This document shows, one piece after another, positions 32,454 to 43,004 of a DNA stretch of 64,000 bases. Below the pieces are notes generated by a model, which did no database searches, was not told the DNA's origin, and saw only the letters and a program-made list of their open reading frames with translations. Made by a program: the position numbers and the translations under genes. Position 1 is the first letter of the stretch; each line of letters starts with the position of its first letter. The DNA is from Nitrospirota bacterium. GTDB lineage: Bacteria; Nitrospirota; UBA9217. The stretch is taken from assembly GCA_963790205.1 (NCBI GenBank), contig CAWBNQ010000014.1, positions 96,001-160,000 of the forward strand, given 5' to 3'.

Positions 32454-33185
32454 TCAATCCCATTCGAGGTGGAAGCTGTTCGTCTTCTTCATCCTTGTAG
32501 CGAGCTTTTCCGCGGTCCGGGGTCCGTGCGCCAGGACATCGGGCGCGAATGCCTTTATTTGTTGTGCAAAGGCCCTCATGTTGCCGGGCGGCTTGATGAA
32601 CCGCGCCTCGAGCCAGTCCGAACCCGCACCCGTGATCACAAAGGTCCCCCGCTGCTGTTGTTTCTTGAGCCAGGCGATGATCGCTTTGGTATCCAGCCGG
32701 TAGTTCGGCGCCTCGGTCATCCGGATCTTCAGAATGTCGTAGGAATTGTTGCCCTTGACCACGGTAACGAGGTCGGGCAGGTCTCCGTAGCTTTTGTGGC
32801 TCCTGAAGATCAGGTATCCTTTTACCCGAAGCCCCGCCCGGAAGGAAGCGATGAGTTCCTCGGCATTTTTTGTGCGCACGCTGAAGCCGGCAAGCTTCTC
32901 TTTTTCAAATCCCTTTTCACCCTTCAGGTTCTCGGAGGGAACGACCACGGACACGAAGAAAGGCTCCGCTTCCGAGCCCGCGGCGCTTTCAACCTTCGCG
33001 ACCAGGTCGGCAGGGAAACCGAGTTCCTTGCGCTGCTCCGGCGTGAGTACCTCGCGCCTGGGCCTTACGATCTTCGGCAGCTCTGTTTTCCTGGGAGGCT
33101 CAATGGGCTTCTCGGCCGAACACGCGGCAGTGAGTGAAATGAAAATAATGCCCAAAACAAGATATCTACCAGCCGTAGCGGACAT
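32454..33185 (-). CDS. DUF4253-like lipoprotein
   Basis: Lipobox TAAC; C-terminal GAGSDWLE...FAPDV...LEWD. Confidence 0.75.
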   Translation of the reverse strand: MSATAGRYLVLGIIFISLTAACSAEKPIEPPRKTELPKIVRPRREVLTPEQRKELGFPADLVAKVESAAGSEAEPFFVSVVVPSENLKGEKGFEKEKLAGFSVRTKNAEELIASFRAGLRVKGYLIFRSHKSYGDLPDLVTVVKGNNSYDILKIRMTEAPNYRLDTKAIIAWLKKQQQRGTFVITGAGSDWLEARFIKPPGNMRAFAQQIKAFAPDVLAHGPRTAEKLATRMKKTNSFHLEWD

Positions 33186-33465
33186 CAAAATGCCTGAACT
33201 CTCCTTTATAAGGCTCCCATCCAAGGTCCACCTTCGTTACGCGCGCGCCCGGCGGGCCTTTGTAGCACCAGGCCACGAGCTCCTCGACCTTTTTCTTTTC
33301 GCCTTCGAACAACGCCTCGACGCCGCCGTCCGGAAGGTTCCTGACCCAGCCTCCCACGCCGAGTTGTAACGCCTTTTCCCTCGTGCTGGCACGGAAGAAG
33401 ACGCCCTGGACCTGACCCTGGATAATGACGTGAGCGCGAAGATTTTCTGATTTGCGGTCCTTCAC
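33166..33465 (-). CDS. acyP: Acylphosphatase
   Basis: GQVQGVFFR, GWVRNLPDG, GPPGARV. Confidence 0.92.
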   Translation of the reverse strand: MKDRKSENLRAHVIIQGQVQGVFFRASTREKALQLGVGGWVRNLPDGGVEALFEGEKKKVEELVAWCYKGPPGARVTKVDLGWEPYKGEFRHFDVRYGW

Positions 33466-33667
33466 GCGTTACACCCTCGTTGAAGAAGGCCTTAGTACTA
33501 AGGAATTAAATTCTTCTCAAAACGGAAAAAATTTTCTCCAAAGCTTGCTAAGCTCGCAAAGAAAGACCATACCTTTTAGTTTTTAAAACCAGGAGTTAAT
33601 GATTTCCTTTGCGTCCTTTGCGAGAGACGCCTTTTGGTTTTATCTTTTTATCTTTGGTTCCAGTCTT

Positions 33668-35104
33668 TCAGCGCCTTGGCCCTCTGTTGCTCGCCCCTTG
33701 CCCGCGGCCCTTGGACCCCGGCCTCGCTCCCCGTGCCGGTCCTTTGCTTCCCGTGTACGTACTTTTGTTCGGCCGCGGTCCGGAGCTCGGCCTTCGGCCC
33801 TCATTGCTCATCCCACGAGTCGGCCCCTTGCTTCCCGCGTACGTACTTTTGTTCGGCCGCGGTCCGGAGCTCGGCCTTCGGCCCTCAAAGCTCGTTCCCC
33901 TTTCGGGCCCCCTGCCGCTGAATCCCTGGCCGGGCCTGCTTCTGTTTTCTGATTTCCACGTGCCGGCTCCGGTTGGTCGGCCTGTTGCCGGTCTTGTCGA
34001 TGCTCCGTAGGTCCTGACAGTTCGAGGACCGGGGCCGGCTGTACGCGCCCGGCGTTCCTCAGGCCTTGGCTTGCGTCCTGTCCAGGTGCTTCGGCTTCCC
34101 TCGAAAGCCGGTTTCCTGTTCTCCGGCCTGCGACCAGGGCTTTCCCGCGTGGTTGAAACTTCTCTGTGGTCGCTTCGGCCTGCTTCGCTCTGTCTCGGCC
34201 GCACACCCTGGCCCGGCCTTGCGCGCTGGTTCTTTCTCAAACCTTCCCGCGTATCCTGCATGACCCTTGCCCCTGGGCGTCCGACCCGTCCTGCGGCCGC
34301 CGGTCTTCGCCTCACGTCTTCTTCTGTTTTCGCTGCTTTGATCACCGGCTTATACACCCTGACCTGCTGACCGCTGTCATCGGTCTTCATCGCCGTTTCA
34401 CGCAGCGCATTCACTTCGTCAAGCGTCAGATGCCGGAATTTTCCCTCAGGGAGATCGCCGAGCGAGAGCGAGCCGGTCTTGATCCTTTTAAGCTTGATCA
34501 CCGAACGCCCCACGTGGTCGAACATGCGGCGTACCTGGCGCTTCCGTCCCTCGTGGATCGTGATCTCGACCCAGGAGTTGGCTTCTTCCTTCCGGATCTT
34601 TTTAATCCTCGCGGGCGCTGTCTTGCCGTCCTGGAGGAACACGCCCTTTTCGAGCATGTCGATCATGCCGTCTTCGAGCACTCCTTTGACCTTTGCCAAA
34701 TAGGTCTTCGGAAACTCATGCTTCGGGTGCGTGATCAGGTGCGCAAAGTCTCCGTCATTCGTCAGGAGCAGCAGCCCCTCGGTGTTATAGTCCAGCCGCC
34801 CTACGGGGTACACGCGGGTCTTGACGCCTTTCAAAAGATGCTCCACTGTGGGCCGCCCCTCGGGGTCGGACATGGTCGTGACGAACCCGGCCGGCTTGTT
34901 CAGCATGATATACGTCGGCGGCTGCTGGGGATTGATGAGTTTGCCGTCGACCTTGATGTGGTCCTTGGAGGCATCGGCCTTGGTCCCGAGCTCGGTCACC
35001 ACCTTGCCGTTCACGCGCACGCGCCCCTCGGTGATGAGCTCTTCCGCGGCGCGGCGCGAGGTCACTCCAGCGGCTGATATGATTTTCTGTATACGTTCTA
35101 ACAT
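33668..35104 (-). CDS. rluB: 23S rRNA pseudouridine synthase (RluB/RsuA family) with long Arg/Gly/Pro-rich tail
   Basis: S4 domain ERIQKI...SRRAAE, VGRLDYNTEGLLLLTNDG, EGRKRQVRRM. Confidence 0.9.
   Translation of the reverse strand: MLERIQKIISAAGVTSRRAAEELITEGRVRVNGKVVTELGTKADASKDHIKVDGKLINPQQPPTYIMLNKPAGFVTTMSDPEGRPTVEHLLKGVKTRVYPVGRLDYNTEGLLLLTNDGDFAHLITHPKHEFPKTYLAKVKGVLEDGMIDMLEKGVFLQDGKTAPARIKKIRKEEANSWVEITIHEGRKRQVRRMFDHVGRSVIKLKRIKTGSLSLGDLPEGKFRHLTLDEVNALRETAMKTDDSGQQVRVYKPVIKAAKTEEDVRRRPAAAGRVGRPGARVMQDTREGLRKNQRARPGQGVRPRQSEAGRSDHREVSTTRESPGRRPENRKPAFEGSRSTWTGRKPRPEERRARTAGPGPRTVRTYGASTRPATGRPTGAGTWKSENRSRPGQGFSGRGPERGTSFEGRRPSSGPRPNKSTYAGSKGPTRGMSNEGRRPSSGPRPNKSTYTGSKGPARGARPGSKGRGQGASNRGPRR
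33741..33887. repeat. 84-bp-period tandem duplication inside the rluB tail
   Basis: Two copies encoding EGRRPSSGPRPNKSTY(A/T)GSKGP. Confidence 0.9.
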
Positions 35105-35168
35105 GTGTTCCTTTCGCGGATCAAACCATAATTTTTCTCATTATACAAGTAATGAGGGGTAAAAGCAA

Positions 35169-35669
35169 TTACGGCAGGATCCGGGCAAGAAATAGTTCCC
35201 GCGTACCGGCGTCGTGCAGTCCTTCCTCATCTTCAACAGGGAGCGAGGGGAAACTTCTCATCACCGCCTCTGCAAACAGCCCTGTCGAGCGGCCCACGGA
35301 TGTTCCCGAGGTCGAGAAAAGTTCGGCTCCGCGCACGCCGCAGCTCGGGGACCGGGCCTTGAACACGAACCCGCGGAGACCGGATTGTTCCATCTCCCGC
35401 ACCTTGATTCCGATCCAGCGCGTAAGCTCATCGGTCCGGTCTATTCTCGTTTCGATGGTGATCAGGCGCGGCTTTACGGCATCGCCAACCAGTTGCATCG
35501 GTTCCCTCGGCACCGGCATGCCGGATTCGACCTCGGGACAGATCGGCACCCATTCGACGCTGCGGCCGAAGGTGTCAAGAATATATTCATCAAGTTTGTT
35601 CCCGCCGTCATACCGGACGTTATTGCCGAGAAGACAGGAGCTGATGCCAATCTTGATTTTTTTTGACAC
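35169..35669 (-). CDS. DUF523 / 2-thiouracil desulfurase family protein
   Basis: ISSCLLG.NVRYDG, CPEVE.GM.VPRE, KARSPSCG. Confidence 0.88.
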   Translation of the reverse strand: MSKKIKIGISSCLLGNNVRYDGGNKLDEYILDTFGRSVEWVPICPEVESGMPVPREPMQLVGDAVKPRLITIETRIDRTDELTRWIGIKVREMEQSGLRGFVFKARSPSCGVRGAELFSTSGTSVGRSTGLFAEAVMRSFPSLPVEDEEGLHDAGTRELFLARILP

Positions 35670-35714
35670 GGTTCTCTGCCTTTCAACGGAACATACAGCG
35701 CCGGGCAAGCGGCC

Positions 35715-36917
35715 TCAGCACACGGGATACCTTCCCTCGCTCAATTCCCTGCAGAACCTTCCGATGGCCGAGAATTCATGCGCAATGATCTCCTCGGCCT
35801 GTTGGGCAACGTCCCGTATCTTCAGCCCGCGCTGGAGCGCGATCTGCGCCGCGGCCATCTGCGGCCGGTCGATCGGCGCGCCGATCCTGCTCACGAGATA
35901 GACGTATACTTCGCGCGCGCCGTCGATCCTGCTGTAGAGCTTCTCCGCGATCCGGTGCGAGAGCACGTTGTAGATCTTTCCGACATGGCTTACGGGATTT
36001 TTCCCGGCAGCCGCCTCGGTGCCCAGGGGCCGGTTCACCGGGATCAGCCCGTTCACGCGGTTGCCGCGGCCCACCTGCCCCGAATCCGCGTCCTCGGCCG
36101 AGGTGCCGAGGAGGCTCAGGTACACACCACCCAGCCCCCTGCCGGCCTCATCGAGCGTATTGAAATGAATGCGGACATTCCTGAATCCCGGGAACCGCCC
36201 GACGACTTTCTGCATCTCCCGGTGGAGGACGTCTTTCCGCTCAAAATACTCTTGCTCGGACCTGACGTACTTGCAGATGAGCGGCATGGCAACCGTGAGG
36301 TCGAGGTCCGTTCCCGTGCGCACGCCCATGACCTTGATGTCCTCTCCGGTCTCGGGGTGCTTCTTCTTGAACGGCGCGGCGTTCAGGCGACGTTCCAGCT
36401 CGAGGACCATGCGCTCGGTGGGGCTCAGCGGGAAATACCCCACTGCAGCGGAAGTATCGTTCGCGCTCTTGACAACGCCGGGGCGGGAAAAAATGTCCGT
36501 CAGTTCCTCGGACCCGGGCGCAAGCACGACCCGGTATTTCACGTGCTTCTCCGGGTCGATGAAGCGCATGTTCTTTTTGAGCCAGTTCTTCGCCGCGTCC
36601 ACGGCAATGTCCGCCACCGGGACCTTTTTCCCGCCGACCGTGAAAGTGGCCCGGTCGCCGATGATCAGCTCCATGGGCTTCCGGACCTTCCCCCCGCCGA
36701 AGCGTTTCTCCGTGCTCCCCGCGGCAAGCATCCCCTTGTCAGTATTGTGGTGGAGGATCGTCCCGAATTCCCTGAGGTATTCACGGCACAGCGCCAGGGA
36801 AACAGCTTCCATCATGGAATCGCAGAGAGAATCAGGGTGCCCGATCCCCTTTCGCTCGACGATCTCGACCCGCTGGTCAATGACCGATTTCCCCTTGAAA
36901 GGTTCGATAACGATCAT
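35715..36917 (-). CDS. Methionine adenosyltransferase, archaeal type
   Basis: VERKGIGHPD, LHHNTDK, NDTS, GEDIKVMG, GTSAE.ADSGQVGRGNR, GKNPVSHVGKIYN. Confidence 0.92.
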   Translation of the reverse strand: MIVIEPFKGKSVIDQRVEIVERKGIGHPDSLCDSMMEAVSLALCREYLREFGTILHHNTDKGMLAAGSTEKRFGGGKVRKPMELIIGDRATFTVGGKKVPVADIAVDAAKNWLKKNMRFIDPEKHVKYRVVLAPGSEELTDIFSRPGVVKSANDTSAAVGYFPLSPTERMVLELERRLNAAPFKKKHPETGEDIKVMGVRTGTDLDLTVAMPLICKYVRSEQEYFERKDVLHREMQKVVGRFPGFRNVRIHFNTLDEAGRGLGGVYLSLLGTSAEDADSGQVGRGNRVNGLIPVNRPLGTEAAAGKNPVSHVGKIYNVLSHRIAEKLYSRIDGAREVYVYLVSRIGAPIDRPQMAAAQIALQRGLKIRDVAQQAEEIIAHEFSAIGRFCRELSEGRYPVC

Positions 36918-36967
36918 AGGTGAAGTTTAGCATAAACCGGCAGGATGATTTTGACGCCATGACGAGA

Positions 36968-37312
36968 TCAACAGGTTATATGAAGGGCCGCGATGACGCG
37001 CTCTTTCTTCCCCTGCAAAGCGTTGTATAGCTCAACCGCTTTTGTCGTCCTTTCGACTCTGGCCTCGATCCCCTGAGATGCAATATATGCCAGGACTTCC
37101 TTCGGCACCGCCATGACGCCGTCGTATCCTGTTCCTATAATGAGGCTGTCCGGGTGCTCTTTCAGGGCGTCAGCGATGTCTTCAGAGTGAAGACGGTGTC
37201 CTTCTTTCCGCCGCCACGATGCATCCACGCGGTCGCTGTAGATGATGACATCCGACGTGTATGCGCGCCCCTCGATCACAATGCGTCCGAATGAGTAGGA
37301 ATCGATCTTCAT
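36968..37312 (-). CDS. Mth938/DUF498-like protein
   Basis: IDSYSFG.I.I.G..Y.SDVII, IIGTG, ALHITC. Confidence 0.88.
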   Translation of the reverse strand: MKIDSYSFGRIVIEGRAYTSDVIIYSDRVDASWRRKEGHRLHSEDIADALKEHPDSLIIGTGYDGVMAVPKEVLAYIASQGIEARVERTTKAVELYNALQGKKERVIAALHITC

Positions 37313-37404
37313 ACTGTCCCCGCCGGCATAGCCGGCATTCCCGGCTTCAGCCTGACAACGATTATACTTCAATTATATATGCCGAAATGAAAATGGTCGG
37401 CGGT

Positions 37405-38229
37405 TCATCCGTTCGTCTCTTTCAGATAAACCCCGGGGATTCCCGGCCAGGTCAAGAACCCGGCGGCACCGGAAGGCAGCCGCTCATGGCTTCCCACAAC
37501 CAGGACACCGCGGGCATTGAGCTTGTCTCGCAAGCGTGCGAGTACTTCGTGCTGCAGTTCTTCATCAAAGTAAGTAAATGCCAGGTTCCTGCAGAGAATG
37601 AGGTGAAACATCTCCTCCGGGCCGGCCCTCCGGATGTCCTGCACGAGAAAGGAAACAGATCCGCGTTCTTCTTCCTTTATGCAATAGAGCTCTCTCCGCC
37701 GGACGAATGCCCGGGCCGTCCACTCCAACGGAAGGCCAGCGAGACTGCTTGAAGCGTAACAGCCCTCCCGTGCGCGTTCGATCATGTTTTCATCCGCGTC
37801 GGTTGCCAATATCCTGACCTTGAGGGACGGGAAGCGACGGCCTGTGCCCTGGCCCCACAGGACCGCAAGCGTGTAGGGCTCTTCTCCGGAGGCGCAGCCG
37901 ATGCTCCAGCACCGGAGCTCGTTGTTGCCCCGCGCGATCGCGTCCTCGGACAATTTCACGAGGACGACCTGTTCGAGAGACCGGAATACTTCCCGGTCGC
38001 GATAAAAGCGAGAGATCGTGACGCGGCAGAGGGAGTCGAGCACTGCCCTTTCATCAGCGCTGTTTTCGAGGAACGAGCAATAAGCCGCGATGTCCGGCAG
38101 CCCGAGTTCGCGCAAACGACGGTCGATGCGCTTGCAGACCTGTCCGCGGACCTTCCGGAACCCATCCCATCGCATGCGGAGCCGGGGGAGCGTGCTTTGG
38201 AGGAATTCGATACAATCGTGGTCCTTCAT
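37405..38229 (-). CDS. CheR-type SAM-dependent methyltransferase (orphan)
   Basis: TISRFYRD, WSIGCASGEEPYT, ILCRN, GSHE. Confidence 0.88.
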   Translation of the reverse strand: MKDHDCIEFLQSTLPRLRMRWDGFRKVRGQVCKRIDRRLRELGLPDIAAYCSFLENSADERAVLDSLCRVTISRFYRDREVFRSLEQVVLVKLSEDAIARGNNELRCWSIGCASGEEPYTLAVLWGQGTGRRFPSLKVRILATDADENMIERAREGCYASSSLAGLPLEWTARAFVRRRELYCIKEEERGSVSFLVQDIRRAGPEEMFHLILCRNLAFTYFDEELQHEVLARLRDKLNARGVLVVGSHERLPSGAAGFLTWPGIPGVYLKETNG

Positions 38230-38274
38230 AATGAGACCATCCCCGGAAGAGCACGCGTCTGCTTTGTCGACTGT

Positions 38275-39165
38275 TTACACGTCGAGCCAGAGCCCCAGGC
38301 TGATGTAGCTCTCGGTATACTGGAAAAACTCCCCGATCGGCGGACGGCCACGATACCATTCGATGCCGACTCGCCAGGTCCGGCCGCCCGAGCGGGCCAC
38401 GAGGCCCATTTGGAGCGCCGTATCAATGCGCCAGTCTCTCTCCTCCATGGCGGACGCGTCCACTGCGCCGTACCATCCTTTGCAGTGTTCACGAGGGCCC
38501 GGGCAGGATTCATACTCCAGACCCGCCTCGCCCCTGCCGGGCTTCATGAGCTCATGGTTCCCAAGCTGGTAGCCCCAGCCCCCCTCGGCATAGGTCCTCC
38601 AGTGGTCACCCAGGGGAACGCTGACGCCGGCGGAAAGTTCATGCCGTGTGTACCCGATCCGCGCGCGTCCGGTCCTCTCCAGGTATTCATCGCCCACGTG
38701 GCTCGAGTCGTGGAGCGCGCCGAACTTGAACGCGGTCCCGCTGGAGCGGCCTGTCGTAATGAGCAGCCCATACCGCCCGTCCCACCCGATGTTATCGAGC
38801 GAATGGTCCGCGTCGAACTGTGCGTTGAACCCTCCCAAAAGGTCCACCTGCCATGCCCGGTCACTCGTACCGGACGGGTCGACACGTACGATGCCGAACT
38901 GTCCTCCCGCACGAAGAGCAACGCGGCTGCCGCCCGAATCGGGGATCGCGGTGTCCGTAAAGCTGAGCCACTGAACGCCGAACCCGACGCGCTGGGGGTC
39001 GGCAAGGGAGGGGGGATAGAGGTTTCCGGGGGGAAGAAAGATGACGCTGCCCCCAGGGGCCTCATCGGAAGAATAGGCGGGTGCCGCAAAAAACAGCAGC
39101 ATGCTGATCAGCGAAAGGTGCCGGAGCCGTCGCATGAAGCTGATCAAGAAGGCACGTTGAAGCAT
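38275..39165 (-). CDS. Exported beta-strand-rich protein (DUF1207-like)
   Basis: Signal peptide, LYPPSLADP, HDSSHVGDE, C-terminal GLWLDV. Confidence 0.75.
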   Translation of the reverse strand: MLQRAFLISFMRRLRHLSLISMLLFFAAPAYSSDEAPGGSVIFLPPGNLYPPSLADPQRVGFGVQWLSFTDTAIPDSGGSRVALRAGGQFGIVRVDPSGTSDRAWQVDLLGGFNAQFDADHSLDNIGWDGRYGLLITTGRSSGTAFKFGALHDSSHVGDEYLERTGRARIGYTRHELSAGVSVPLGDHWRTYAEGGWGYQLGNHELMKPGRGEAGLEYESCPGPREHCKGWYGAVDASAMEERDWRIDTALQMGLVARSGGRTWRVGIEWYRGRPPIGEFFQYTESYISLGLWLDV

Positions 39166-39450
39166 GAGGCTTCTCCAGTACGAACTGCCCGGTTGCCCGG
39201 TCCGGGAAGGGGCCCCTGCGAACAAAAGACGCTCCTTCGCGCTCAAAAACGTCAACAACAATCAGGAAGATATCTTATGCATCTCGAGTCCTGCAACGGT
39301 TTGGAGGAAAGCGACTTTATTTAAGAATACTATATTTATGGACAAATTTTGAGAACGGATGCTAAAAAAGTTTTTCGGATGCAGCGAAAAGGTCTTTACT
39401 ATCGCAATCCATTATGGTCTCATCGTTGCCTCTTATGATAGAATCATCAC

Positions 39451-40208
39451 ATGGAGCGATACGGAACCGACAACCGCGTCATCCTGGGGCTCATCTTCAC
39501 CACCTCGCTCACGAGCCTTTCCTACGAGATCGCCCTCCTGCGGGTCTTTTCCATCTCCCTCCGGTATCATTTCGCGTTCATGGTCATCAGCATCGCCATG
39601 CTTGGCATCGGCGCCAGCGGGACCGCTCTCTCGCTCTTTTCCGGCCTGAAGGACCTGCGCAGGGTCTATGCGGCGGACCTTTTGGGTGCGGGCTTCGGAG
39701 CGCTGGCCATGGTCTGGCTTCTCTTCCTCGGCGGACCCGAGACAAGCGTGTTCCTCATCTCAGCGCTCCTGGCAACAGGACTTCTTTACCGGCCCACTGC
39801 CTGGAAGGCCCGGTCGATCTCACTGCTCTTAATTGCCGTGGACCTGGTCGTCTTTTTCCTCCATCCCGCTTTCATCCAGCCCATGATATCGCCTTATAAA
39901 CCCTTTGCCCTCGTCATGCAGTTTCCCGGCGCGGAGCGCCTCGGCTCGGCGTACAGCCCCTACGCGCGTGTGGACCTTTTAAGAGCCCTGTCGTAAGGTT
40001 CGCGCCGGGTCTGAGCTTTACCTATCTCGAACCGCTGCCGGAGCAGACGGGCATTGCCGTCGATGCAGGCGACATCTACGCCATAACCGACGAGGCGGAC
40101 AAAGGCAGGCTCGCCTTCATCCGCTCCCTGCCCTCCAGCCTGCCTTATCTGTTGGGCAAAAATGAGGACATGCTTATCATCGAGCCGAAAGCCGGACTCG
40201 CCTTGCTC
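39451..40208 (+). pseudogene. Spermidine-synthase-like membrane protein remnant
   Basis: YEIALLRVFSI...YHFAFMVISIAMLG; VYAADLLGAG; frameshift near 39978 into FKSPVVRFAPGLS...; truncated near 40208. Confidence 0.75.
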
Positions 40209-40517
40209 ACGGCCATGAGCGCGACCACGTAGGGCTGCGAGATGGTCTGGCCTTCCCCGATCGGCAGGGGATGGTCTTCATATACCCGGTCCCGGTATGC
40301 TGCATCCACGAACAAATGCCTCGGCACCTTGCCCATCACATTGAGGAGCACAGGGTCCTTCAATTCCCTCACCCTGATGTCCAGCTCGACCATCTGTTTT
40401 CCTTTTGAGATCATACTGGTCCCCGGCCGATGAAAGGGTCAGGGAAAGGAGGAGCGTAAGGGACAGAGCCGGAATCCGCAGGAACTTTTTCAGTGATATA
40501 ACCACGGGACATTTCAC
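40205..40517 (-). pseudogene. pcm: Protein-L-isoaspartate O-methyltransferase N-terminal remnant
   Basis: QMVELDI...[10 protein letters not shown]...[21 protein letters not shown] then truncated; frameshift after the signal-peptide segment. Confidence 0.85.
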
Positions 40518-40648
40518 CTCCTTGATCCAATTATGACATATTGAGGCGAAGACATGGGGAAAAAGCCTTTGACACAGATTCTCCCGTGAAGAGCGCTGTA
40601 CGATTACCTGCTATAATTATGTTGTAGGCCTTGCGAAGAGGTGACATC

Positions 40649-41563
40649 ATGAAGATACTGCTCGCCACGGACGGCTCCGAATACTCGGAAAGAGCGGCAC
40701 AATTCCTGACCCGGATGAATTGGTCCCCGGATGACTCCCTCACGGTTTTTCACGCCGTATACTCGGTCCCGTTTCAGCATGACGAGAAGTTTCATTACGA
40801 CACGCTCAAGGAGATCAAAAAAGTCATCGCGCCCAGGATTCTCGATTCGGCGCTGGCAATCCTGAAGCCCGTCGAGGCGAAACTCAGCGTGGAGATCGAA
40901 GAATTTTCCCCGGGCAGATGCACTCCCGATCAATGCATCGTGAGAGCTGCCGACTCATCGGGTAGCGACCTCATCGTCATGGGTGCGCGCGGGGTCAAGG
41001 GGATCGCCTCGGTCTTTCTCGGGAGTGTGACGAGGCTTGTCGCGATCAAGGCATCCGTACCGGTCCTTGTGGTAAAACCTGCGGCGCGTCCGAATCCCGA
41101 TGCCATGAAAATCCTTTTTGCGGTTGACGGTTCCGCCTCTTCCCAGACCGCCGGAGGGTTCCTTGCTTCCATTCCCCTCTCTGATGCGACCGAGGTAACG
41201 ATATTGCACGTCGTCTCGTCCGGTTTCTCCGATATCCCGGAACGATTTGTCCTGGAAATCGATGATCGTGTCAAGGAGGTTGTTGCGAAAACGAGAGAAC
41301 GGGAATTTGAAGGTTCCGAAAACATCCTGGAACAAAGCCGGGAATCCCTGGGCAAACGATTCCGGAACATATCCGTGCTCTCAAAGGTCGGAGATCCGTC
41401 AGCAGAGATACTCAATACCGCCGAGGCCATGGAGGCGGACATGATCGCTGTCGGCTGCAGGGGGTTAAGGGGAATGAAAGGAGTCATGGGAAGCGTGTCG
41501 AGAAATGTCCTTACCCATGCGAAATGTTCAGTCCTGATCGGAAAAACATGCCAGGAGTCATAG
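40649..41563 (+). CDS. Universal stress protein (tandem USP domains)
   Basis: KILLATDGS, LIVMGARG...LGSV, KILFAVDGS, MGSVSRNV. Confidence 0.93.
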   Translation: MKILLATDGSEYSERAAQFLTRMNWSPDDSLTVFHAVYSVPFQHDEKFHYDTLKEIKKVIAPRILDSALAILKPVEAKLSVEIEEFSPGRCTPDQCIVRAADSSGSDLIVMGARGVKGIASVFLGSVTRLVAIKASVPVLVVKPAARPNPDAMKILFAVDGSASSQTAGGFLASIPLSDATEVTILHVVSSGFSDIPERFVLEIDDRVKEVVAKTREREFEGSENILEQSRESLGKRFRNISVLSKVGDPSAEILNTAEAMEADMIAVGCRGLRGMKGVMGSVSRNVLTHAKCSVLIGKTCQES

Positions 41564-41720
41564 TAAGGGAATCACCTGCGGGATGTCATTGAGAGGGACC
41601 GGGGATCACGGATAAGTGGATGCCCTTGCTTCTTCAGGCGATATCATGCTTTGAGAAGATCAAAAAAAACACGCACACCCCTCCCTCCGTGCATGACCTC
41701 GGGTAACTGGTTCCCGGTCC

Positions 41721-41972
41721 TTACGACTCGACTGAGCACATGTCATTGTCGCCGAACTGGCAATCATCGGGCAGCACGGCCTGTTCGCCATGTCCCTTGA
41801 TCGAGCTCTTGATCGCCTGGAACGCCCCCTGCTCCGCGTGAAGAATCTCAGAAGTGACCGGTTCCATCTCACGGGGCGCTTCACCCTCGTCCCTGAACGC
41901 CCTCACTTCATAGGCCTCGGTAAGCGTTTCCCGTGTCGGCACTTTTTCGGATATCTTTGCAAACAGTTTCAT
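41721..41972 (-). CDS. Small hypothetical protein
   Basis: 83-aa ORF with strong RBS AAGGAGG. Confidence 0.55.
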   Translation of the reverse strand: MKLFAKISEKVPTRETLTEAYEVRAFRDEGEAPREMEPVTSEILHAEQGAFQAIKSSIKGHGEQAVLPDDCQFGDNDMCSVES

Positions 41973-42140
41973 GTCCCTCGCCTCCTTTCTTTCAGGTTGG
42001 CTATTACCTTAATTATAGCACTCTGAGCAGAAAGTATTCGCCGCTTCGTGAGAGGATATCCAGCGAAGGGAGCGCATAAAGGCCGTGGCGAGAACATTCC
42101 ATTCCCCAGGCATCTCCGCATTGATCACGGAAAGAGGGAG

Positions 42141-42795
42141 TCACGCTGCTGCACGGCGCCGGAAATCCTGGAGGAGCCGTGTCACATCCGCATCGGTCAC
42201 CTGTCTAAAATCCTCGTAGAAATTGCCGACAGCCATGAAATCCCCGGGCATGGCCAGACAAACAAAGACGTCTACCATCCTTTGCAGTTCCGCTGCGGGA
42301 TAGGGAGGGGCAACCGGAACGGCGACTATGAGCTTCCCGACCTGTTCGCGCTTCAGCATCTCCACAGCCGCCTTCCTTCATGGTAGCGCCGGTAGCAACG
42401 CCGTCGTCCACGAGAATAACGGTTTTACTCCGCAGGTCCGCGAGCTTTTGGCCGCTTCGGTACAGCTGCCGCCGGGCGGTCTCCTCACGCTGTCGTGCCG
42501 GTCTCGCCGCGCAGATAATCCTTTGTGACTTCAACCGATGCAACAACATCTTCGTTATAGACAATGCTGCCGGTTTCGGGAATTGCACCTACGGCAAGCT
42601 CGGGCTGCCAGGGGTGTCCTATTTCCCGGACAATAAGGACGTCCAGAGGGGCTTTGAGGCGATTCGCGATCTCGGCCCCGGTGACGACCCCGCCCCGGGG
42701 AAGCGCGAGAACGAGAAAGTCGCGCTGTCCGGCATAGTCTTTGATTTTTTCAGCCAGTTGCGTTCCGGCATCTTTTTTGTCTTTGAACGTCTCAA
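42141..42795 (-). pseudogene. Phosphoribosyltransferase family protein, multiply frameshifted
   Basis: Fragments FKDKKDAG..LA, VLALPRGGV, PELAVGA, VILVDDGVATGATM, AVPVAP, AVGNFYEDFRQVTD in different frames. Confidence 0.85.
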
Positions 42796-42975
42796 TTCTC
42801 CTGATCTAATCTTATCAAATAAGCTTCTGGATCGCGATCCTTCTATACGAACAACAGCAAGTCGCGGATTATAAGTATTAATTGCTTTTCAGAAAAGTTA
42901 TCACAAAAGTCAAGCGACTAAAGTACTAACAAGGCGATCGTTCCTCGTTTCCCTGCCCCTCTTTAACATCACCAC

Positions 42976-43004
42976 TTGACAAGGTGTGGTATATTAAATA
43001 GTAA
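42976..43004 (+). promoter_or_regulatory. Sigma70-type promoter region upstream of the candidate ncRNA
   Basis: TTGACA at 42976-42981 and extended -10 TGGTATATT at 42987-42995 (alternative -10 TAGTAA at 17-bp spacing). Confidence 0.55.

Noticed and set aside
33741..33887. CRISPR-like direct repeats
   Set aside because: Only two in-frame 84-bp-period copies inside a coding tail; no spacer array and no cas genes
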